The notes beneath the pieces were generated by a model. That model made no database searches. It worked only from the letters and a program-made list of their open reading frames with translations, and was not told the origin of the DNA. Below, in pieces: positions 58,133 to 64,000 of a DNA stretch of 64,000 nucleotides. The stretch is taken from NCBI GenBank assembly GCA_020850715.1, contig JADZED010000041.1, positions 10,623-74,622 of the forward strand, in the 5' to 3' direction. Numbering within the stretch: position 1 is the stretch's first letter; each line of letters begins with the position of its first letter. The DNA comes from Acidobacteriota bacterium (GTDB lineage Bacteria > Acidobacteriota > Vicinamibacteria > Vicinamibacterales > CAVVIG01). A program made the position numbers and the translations under genes.

Positions 58133-58674
58133 GGCCGATAGTGCCGCCAGCTCGTCGCCGCCTTCGCCGGCGCCGGCATCCGGGCGGCCGCGCGCGCGCA
58201 CGCGGGCGGGGCGGCGTGCAGCTGGCAGATGGCGACCGCGAGCGCGTCGGCCGCGTCGTGCGGCGTGGGCACCGAGGCAAGACCGAGCAGCAGCTTCACC
58301 ATGTGCTGCACCTGCGGCTTCTCGGCGCGGCCGTAGCCGGCCACCGCCCGCTTGACCTCGGCGGGCGTGTGCTCGAAGACGGGCAGCCCGGCTTCCACCG
58401 CGGCGAGCACCGCCACGCCGCGCGCGTGGCCGAGCTTCAGCGCGCTGCGCGCATTCACGGAGTAGAAGAGGCTCTCGACGGCCACACAGTCCGGGCGGCA
58501 CTGGGCGAGCAGCGCGGCCAGCCCGCGATGGATCTGCATCAGCCGGTCGGGGAACGCCGTGCGGGGCGGGGCGGCGATGGCGCCGCAGAGAACCACCGAG
58601 TGGCGCGACCCGTCGCTCTCGACGCAGCCGTAACCGGTGCGCTCCGAGCCGGGGTCGATGCCGAAGACCCTCAC
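58129..58674 (-). CDS. ruvC: Crossover junction endodeoxyribonuclease RuvC
   Basis: 181 aa. Motifs: MRVFGIDPGSERTGYG and PHDAADALAVAICH-like (PHDAADALAVAICQLH). Confidence 0.9.
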   Translation of the reverse strand: MRVFGIDPGSERTGYGCVESDGSRHSVVLCGAIAAPPRTAFPDRLMQIHRGLAALLAQCRPDCVAVESLFYSVNARSALKLGHARGVAVLAAVEAGLPVFEHTPAEVKRAVAGYGRAEKPQVQHMVKLLLGLASVPTPHDAADALAVAICQLHAAPPACARAAARMPAPAKAATSWRHYRP

Positions 58675-59420
58675 GCGAGCGACGCCTCGATCTCCTTCTC
58701 CGAGATGTCGAAGTTCGACGAGACGTTCTGCACGTCGTCGTGATCCTCGAGGTCCGACATCAGCTTCACCATCTGCTGCGCCGGCTTGCCTTCGAGCTTC
58801 ACGTAATTCTGCGGAATCATCGAGATCTTCGCGGTCGCCGGCTCGATGCCGAGCTGCTTGATCGCTTCGTGCACCGCGGCGAACTTCTCGGGCGCCGTGA
58901 ACACCTCCCAGTTGTCCTCGTCGTCCTGCAGATCGTCGGCGCCGGCATCCAGTACGGCCGTCATCAACCGTTCCTCGTCCGCCTTCGCCTTCTCCACCAC
59001 GATGTAGCCCTTCTTGCTGAACATCCAGGCGACGGCGTTGGGCGCCGCGAGGTTGCCGCCGTGCTTCTCGAGCAGATGGCGGATCTCGCCGGCCGTGCGG
59101 TTCTTGTTGTCGGTCAGGACGTCGATGATCAGCGCGGCGCCGCCGGGGCCGTAGCCCTCGTACTGGGCTTCCTCATAGGAGACGCCCGGCTCCTGGCCGG
59201 TGCCGCGGCGAATGGCGCGCTCGATGTTCTCGCGCGGCATGTTGTTCGCCTTGGCTTCGGCGACGACCGTCCGCAGCCGCGGGTTCATGTCGGGGTCGCC
59301 GCCGCCGGCGCGCGCCGCCACCGACAGCTCCTTGATCAGCCGTGTGAAGATCTTGCCGCGCTTGGCGTCGGCAGCGCCCTTCTTGTGCTTGATGGAGTGC
59401 CACTTCGAGTGCCCTGACAT
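58671..59420 (-). CDS. yebC: YebC/PmpR family DNA-binding transcriptional regulator
   Basis: 249 aa. Motifs: MSGHSKWHSIKHKKGAADAKRGKIFTRL and YEGYGPGGAA. Confidence 0.9.
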   Translation of the reverse strand: MSGHSKWHSIKHKKGAADAKRGKIFTRLIKELSVAARAGGGDPDMNPRLRTVVAEAKANNMPRENIERAIRRGTGQEPGVSYEEAQYEGYGPGGAALIIDVLTDNKNRTAGEIRHLLEKHGGNLAAPNAVAWMFSKKGYIVVEKAKADEERLMTAVLDAGADDLQDDEDNWEVFTAPEKFAAVHEAIKQLGIEPATAKISMIPQNYVKLEGKPAQQMVKLMSDLEDHDDVQNVSSNFDISEKEIEASLA

Positions 59421-59429
59421 GACAGCACT

Positions 59430-60206
59430 CTACCTCTTTTTCGCGAGAATGATCCACACATCCGCGCGCGGATCCCAGGGGCGGCCGCGGTAGTCTCCGA
59501 GCACCGATTCCACGGCGAAGCCGGCCTTGTCGAGGCGCCGCGACATCTGCGGCACCGACAGCGAACGGAACGTCAGCGCGAAGCGGTGCCGCATCGTCCG
59601 GCCGCGCCGGCGCACGAGGTACTGCTGCTCGAAGGTCGTCAGACGGCGGCGGCGATCCTGCCGCACCGATTCGAGCAGCGTGAAATGGGCGCCCGCCGCC
59701 GCGCGGCCGCGGTGCTGGACGCGATCGGTGTACTCCGGCCACTTCGGCACGTCGGGCACCAGATCGACGCCGAACACGCCGCCGCGCGGGAGCACCCGCG
59801 CGGCCGATTCGAGCGCTGCCTGCAGATCGCGATCGCTCAGCAGCGATTGAAGGATGCCGTACGGCGCGATCACGGCGGCAAACGCGGCGGCAGCAAACGG
59901 CAGGCGCCGGATGTCGCCGCGCACGATGTCCGGCGAGGGACCGCGGCGGCCGCGCGCGCCCGCGCGCGCGCGGAGGCGAGCCAGCATCGCCGACGACCGG
60001 TCGATCCCGACCAGCTCGATGCCGGCGCGGGCGAGCGGCAGCGAGACGCGGCCGGTGCCGCACCCCAGCTCCAGCACCCGCCCGGCCGCGGCGCGCGCGA
60101 TCTGCCGCCAGAAGGCGACGTCGCGCCGGCCCAGCGTCCGTGCGTTCTCCCAGTCGTAGAACGGCGCGTACTCGTCCCAGCCGTGCCACCCCTGGCGCGC
60201 GGCCAC
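59430..60206 (-). CDS. Class I SAM-dependent methyltransferase
   Basis: Inside track ORF 59430..60755; start at the GTG at 60206 (or the TTG at 60215). Motif I: VLELGCGTGRVSLPLA. Other motifs: VGIDRS, GDIRRLPF. Confidence 0.75.
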   Translation of the reverse strand: MAARQGWHGWDEYAPFYDWENARTLGRRDVAFWRQIARAAAGRVLELGCGTGRVSLPLARAGIELVGIDRSSAMLARLRARAGARGRRGPSPDIVRGDIRRLPFAAAAFAAVIAPYGILQSLLSDRDLQAALESAARVLPRGGVFGVDLVPDVPKWPEYTDRVQHRGRAAAGAHFTLLESVRQDRRRRLTTFEQQYLVRRRGRTMRHRFALTFRSLSVPQMSRRLDKAGFAVESVLGDYRGRPWDPRADVWIILAKKR

Positions 60207-60211
60207 GCGGC

Positions 60212-60937
60212 TCAATCCGAGACGGCCAGCTCGCCCGGCACAATCGGCCGCGTCCGCGGCAGGCGGCCGAGCCTGGCGAGATGGCCGACGAAGGCGAGGA
60301 TGCCGATGAAGAGCGCCAGCTTGAAGGCGTCCGATGCGCGCGTCTGCGGCAGCGCCTTCCACGACAGCCACAGCGCCGGCTGCGCCCAGCAGACGGCCCA
60401 CACCGAGCCGTAGAAGTACCGCCGCTCGTGCCCTTCGCCCTTCGTCGATGCCTTGACCCTTGGCAGCCGGCCGAGCGCGCCGAGGAGCCAGATGCTGCCG
60501 GCCATCGGGAAGTACGCCCAGCGGTAGATCTCCTTCAGCTGCCAGTGCCCGGTCGCGATCGCCGCGATCAGCCCGGCCGCGTTCAGGACCGCGAACGTGA
60601 CGGCCTCGCTCCAGGCGACGGTATAGCAGACGCGGCGGTACAACGGGTTCGGCCGGTCCTCGGTGAATCGGATGATGTAGGGCGCCGGCTCGACGCCCGG
60701 CAGGCGGCCGCGCAGGCCCGCCACACCCGTCCCCAGCATCACCGCGCCGAGCCACAGCGCCATCCGTCCATCGAAGCCGCGCTCGAAGAGATCGAAAGTG
60801 AGCGGGCCGGGCGCGATGAAGAAGACGAAGATCCAGATCGGCCAGTGGTTGAAGCGGTAGTACAGCTTGTTGCGCGCCCGAATCTTGCGCTGCGACGCGT
60901 ACTCGACCGGAATCGGCGATTGGAGCGGGTCCCTCAC
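60212..60937 (-). CDS. Hypothetical polytopic membrane protein
   Basis: 241 aa with about 6 TM segments. The GTG start forms a GTGA overlap with the upstream OmpA-like gene. No motif was recognised. Confidence 0.5.
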   Translation of the reverse strand: MRDPLQSPIPVEYASQRKIRARNKLYYRFNHWPIWIFVFFIAPGPLTFDLFERGFDGRMALWLGAVMLGTGVAGLRGRLPGVEPAPYIIRFTEDRPNPLYRRVCYTVAWSEAVTFAVLNAAGLIAAIATGHWQLKEIYRWAYFPMAGSIWLLGALGRLPRVKASTKGEGHERRYFYGSVWAVCWAQPALWLSWKALPQTRASDAFKLALFIGILAFVGHLARLGRLPRTRPIVPGELAVSD

Positions 60938-61764
60938 TTCTTGACCAGCTCCACGCGGCGGTTCCGGGCGCGTCCGGCCTCCGACGCGTTGTCGGCGATC
61001 GGCCTGGTGTCGCCGAACCCGGCGGTCGTGAGGCGGTCGGGCGCCACGCCGAAGGTCTGCACCAGGTAGGTCTTCACCGCCGCGGCGCGATCCTGCGACA
61101 GTTGCAGGTTGGCGGCCGCGCCGCCGACGTTGTCCGTGTGTCCCCCGATCTCGAGCTGAAGCGTCGCGTCCGTCCCGAGGAGCTCGCCGACCGGCGCGAG
61201 CGTCGCCAGCGACTCGGGGGTCAGCGCGGCCTTGCCGTTCTCGAACTGGACGTCGTGCAGCGCGACGACGCCGCGCTCGTTCAGCGCCGCCGCCAGTTCG
61301 GCCGCCGTGAGCACGACCTTCTGGGCCATCGCCGCTTCCTCGACAATCGTCAGCTCGTACATTTCGCCGCTGTTGGCGATGTCCACCTGGAGCCAGATCG
61401 TCCTGCCGGAGGCGGGCATCCGGCAGACCATCGTCCCGCCGCCCGCATCCACCTGCTCGAAGACCTTGGAGCCGCCGCGACTGGTGAAGAGATTGAGGTA
61501 GTTGCGCGCGATCTCGAGAGGCCCGCCCTTCTTCCGGCCCTCCTCGAGCTCATAGGAGATTTGCCAGTACTTCCCCTCGGCGGTGATGCCGTCGCCGTCG
61601 GTCTCGAACTGGAAGCTCCCGAAGTCGGTCGCATCGTAGGCGGTGATGAAGTAGCCCGGAAAGCGGGACACCATCGGGTGATCCTTCGACCCTTCGGCAT
61701 CCTGCGCCGGGGCTGCGGCCGCCATCGCGGCGCACAAGACGATTGTGAGCATCCAGACCCGCAT
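60934..61764 (-). CDS. OmpA-family protein (unknown N-terminal domain plus a C-terminal OmpA peptidoglycan-binding domain)
   Basis: Inside track ORF 60934..62091; ATG at 61764 with GGAGG upstream. Signal peptide: MRVWMLTIVLCAAMAAAAPAQ. OmpA motif: GHTDNVGGAAANLQLSQDRAAAVKTYL...RNRRVELV. Confidence 0.8.
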   Translation of the reverse strand: MRVWMLTIVLCAAMAAAAPAQDAEGSKDHPMVSRFPGYFITAYDATDFGSFQFETDGDGITAEGKYWQISYELEEGRKKGGPLEIARNYLNLFTSRGGSKVFEQVDAGGGTMVCRMPASGRTIWLQVDIANSGEMYELTIVEEAAMAQKVVLTAAELAAALNERGVVALHDVQFENGKAALTPESLATLAPVGELLGTDATLQLEIGGHTDNVGGAAANLQLSQDRAAAVKTYLVQTFGVAPDRLTTAGFGDTRPIADNASEAGRARNRRVELVKK

Positions 61765-61792
61765 CCTGATCACCTCCGGAATCCCGCCGGCC

Positions 61793-63256
61793 TCACGGCC
61801 CGGGCGTCCACCAACCGCGGAGCTGCAGCACCCGATCGAGCCCCGCGCCAACCAGCATCCTGCCCACGCCCGGGCGGTCCAGCGCCGCGGCGATCGGCCG
61901 CGGCGCGTCGGCGATCGCGTACGCGGCGATGGCCACCGCCGCGGCGCCGACCGACAGATCGTGCCGATTGACGTTGTCGAGGACGTCGTTCGCCTTGTGA
62001 TGCACGCGCTCGTAGGGCACGTCGTCGGGGTCGAGATCCAGCGCCGGAATGCCGTGCAGGATGAATGGACCGACGTCGGTCTGGAACGCATAGCGCATGC
62101 TCGGGTCCAGGCCGGCGGCGCCCAGGTCCGACAGCAGCGCCCGGCTCAGCGGCCGCATCGCCGCGGCGACATCCTCGCGGCCGGGCGTGAAGAAGCCGCG
62201 GACCCGCCCCGATCCCCCGTCGGTGTTGATCGTGGCGACGCAGCGCGCGAGCTCGCCTGCGTGCGCCGCGACATAGGCCAGCGAGCCCAGCAAGCCCTGC
62301 TCCTCGCCGCCCCACAGGGCGAACCGGATGGATCGGCGCGGTCTGGTCGGCAGCGCCGCGATCGCCCGCGCGGCGTCGAGCACCATCGCCACACCGGTGG
62401 CGTTGTCCTGCGCGCCGGTGGCGAGATCCCATGAGTCGAGGTGCGCGCCGACGATCACCCACTCGTCGGGCCGCTCGCGTCCCCGCAGTTCGGCGACGAT
62501 GTTGGAAACCTGCGCCGGCCCCGGCGAAATCCGGTTGTGCCAGTCGATCGCGAGCCGGACCGGCCCCTGCCCGAGCAGCCGGCGAACGAGCGCGGCGTCC
62601 TCGCGCCCGATCTGGGCGGCCGGCAGCACGCCGATCCCGGTGCCGCTGCCGCCGGATCGCGCCGCGAGCACGTTGTCGGGAGCGCCATCCGGCGACAGCA
62701 TCGCGATCGCCTGCGCGGCGCGGAGCCGCGCGGCGAGCTGCTGGCGCAGCGAGAACCGCTGCGCGGCGTCGCCGCCGGCGTCGGGCGGGTCCACCAGCGC
62801 AATGCGGCCGGCGAGCGAGGCATCCCCGGCGATCGTCCCGGGCCCGATGCCGGTCACCAGCGCGACCTCGGCTTCCATCCCGCCCTCTGGCGTCGACGGC
62901 GTCCAGCCGAGCGACTGCACGTGCAGCGACCTGTCGATCGGGGCGACCACGCGCGCGCGCGCAGACCCGCGCTCCCAGCTTCGCTCGATCGTGAAGGTCT
63001 CGGTCGCGACGTTCGCGATCCCGGCGGCGCGGAACTGCGCGGCCGCCCAGGCGGCGGCCCGCTCGTAGCCGGCCGTCCCCGTGAGCCGCGCGCCAAACGT
63101 ATCGGTCAGCTCCCGCACGTATTCGAACGAGCGTCCGTACACGAGCGTCGCGCCCGCCAGTTGACGGCTGGCCGCCACGTCGTAATCCCCCTGCGCGGCG
63201 AGCCCGGCGAACGCCAGGCCGACCGCCAGGCCGGTGAGCATCAGACGACGTGTCAT
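61793..63256 (-). CDS. M28 family metallopeptidase (aminopeptidase-like) with a PA-like insert
   Basis: 487 aa with a signal peptide. Motifs: VIVGAHLDSWDLATGAQDNATG, WGGEEQGLLGS, HHKANDVLD. Confidence 0.75.
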   Translation of the reverse strand: MTRRLMLTGLAVGLAFAGLAAQGDYDVAASRQLAGATLVYGRSFEYVRELTDTFGARLTGTAGYERAAAWAAAQFRAAGIANVATETFTIERSWERGSARARVVAPIDRSLHVQSLGWTPSTPEGGMEAEVALVTGIGPGTIAGDASLAGRIALVDPPDAGGDAAQRFSLRQQLAARLRAAQAIAMLSPDGAPDNVLAARSGGSGTGIGVLPAAQIGREDAALVRRLLGQGPVRLAIDWHNRISPGPAQVSNIVAELRGRERPDEWVIVGAHLDSWDLATGAQDNATGVAMVLDAARAIAALPTRPRRSIRFALWGGEEQGLLGSLAYVAAHAGELARCVATINTDGGSGRVRGFFTPGREDVAAAMRPLSRALLSDLGAAGLDPSMRYAFQTDVGPFILHGIPALDLDPDDVPYERVHHKANDVLDNVNRHDLSVGAAAVAIAAYAIADAPRPIAAALDRPGVGRMLVGAGLDRVLQLRGWWTPGP

Positions 63257-63957
63257 GGAGCGGGATTGAGAATATCGTACTGCCGGAGCGTGAGGTTGAA
63301 GCGGCCGCTCATTCCCAACTCCGGCGGCGCGGTGCCCGGCACGATCCGCGTGACGCCGTGGTAGCAGAGCCGCGCCGGCCCGCCGAAGAGGAACGCATCG
63401 CCCGATTCGAGCAGCATCGCCCGGACGTCGTCTCGCCGCTTCAACCCGCCGAAGAGAAACCGGGCGGTGTCGCCAAGCGAGATCGACACCACCGGAATGC
63501 CCGCCGCCAGCGATGCGCCGCTCTCGTCCTTGTCCTGGTGCAGTCCCATCCGACCGTCGCGATCGTAGTAGTTGAGGATGCAGAGATCGGCATCGAGGCG
63601 CATACCGGCCAGGTCGGCGATTTCACCCGCCAGCCGGCGGAATTCGGCCGGAAGCGGCGGCACCGCCAGACCGTCGAAGTCGGTGCGCGTCGGTTCGTAC
63701 GCGTAGTTCCTGCCATTCCAGTGGCGGCCGAGGCACAGCATCCGGACGTGCATGCGGCCGCCGCCGCGGACGACCGGCACGTAGCCGGGCACCTCTCCGT
63801 CGATCAGCGCCCGGCAGCGGTCGGCAAGGGCGCGCTGCCGCTCGAGCGGCAGATACCGCGGGAAATGGATCGCACCGGGCGCGAGCGCGGTTCCGGCCAG
63901 CTGACGCCACCTTTCCGAAGGCCCCGCGACTGTCGAGGCAATCTGCCGCCGCGGCAC
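63253..63957 (-). CDS. alkB: Alpha-ketoglutarate/Fe(II)-dependent dioxygenase AlkB
   Basis: 234 aa. Motifs: ILNYYDRDGRMGLHQDKDE (HxD), ISLGDTARFLFGG, YHGV, RFNLTLRQ. Confidence 0.85.
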   Translation of the reverse strand: MPRRQIASTVAGPSERWRQLAGTALAPGAIHFPRYLPLERQRALADRCRALIDGEVPGYVPVVRGGGRMHVRMLCLGRHWNGRNYAYEPTRTDFDGLAVPPLPAEFRRLAGEIADLAGMRLDADLCILNYYDRDGRMGLHQDKDESGASLAAGIPVVSISLGDTARFLFGGLKRRDDVRAMLLESGDAFLFGGPARLCYHGVTRIVPGTAPPELGMSGRFNLTLRQYDILNPAP

Positions 63958-64000
63958 TCCACGGCCAGTCTAACGCCGGCGCCGGGCGGCCCGGGCGGTC

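Overview
This is a high-GC (roughly 70%), densely coded bacterial chromosomal window. The phylum cannot be determined without a search; Acidobacteriota or Gemmatimonadota style is only a guess. The ORF track uses GTG/TTG starts shown as M, and it omits ORFs under 60 aa and ORFs truncated by the window edge. Many long Arg/Pro/Gly-rich antisense ORFs are GC artefacts, so I re-derived several starts by hand.

Layout:
- 1-1.5 kb: the 5' part of a Cas3-like DEAH helicase that runs off the left edge, followed by about 1.2 kb with no convincing ORF.
- 4.5-17.1 kb: a respiratory island. It holds two Crp/Fnr regulators and a ba3/B-family-like heme-copper oxidase (IIa-like miniprotein, CuA subunit II, subunit I). 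These are followed by two divergent subunit-I paralogs that have lost metal ligands, then CtaB, a CcoI/FixI-like Cu-ATPase, a dihaem cytochrome c, Sco, and a DsbD_2-type membrane protein.
- 19.3-25 kb: a hybrid GAF histidine kinase with three receivers, then CheR, CheB and a receiver-kinase, with no CheA, CheW or MCP.
- 25-35 kb: a DUF882/MepK-like endopeptidase, a YcbB-type L,D-transpeptidase, hemerythrin, AlaX, a sensor kinase, queC, queE, DUF72 and nth.
- 35.2-39.4 kb: a compact bacterial microcompartment (BMC) locus. It contains a class II aldolase with an encapsulation-peptide-like tail, one BMC-H, three tandem BMC-P and an EP-tagged Cys-rich miniprotein, and is flanked by a 2-hydroxyacid dehydrogenase and a YHS/TPR pair. 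It is translationally chained to the housekeeping string tilS-ftsH-folP-cdaA-cdaR-glmM-pdxJ.
- 48.5-64 kb: tRNA-CAT, queA, GNAT, an S8 protease with 30-bp tandem repeats, a stand-alone LigD polymerase domain plus an unknown partner, fabH, ruvCAB, yebC, a methyltransferase, OmpA-like, M28 and alkB.

The best candidates for something undescribed are the aldolase-only BMC locus and the triplicated, ligand-depleted oxidase subunit I set. All functional calls rest on motifs read by eye; no database search was possible.
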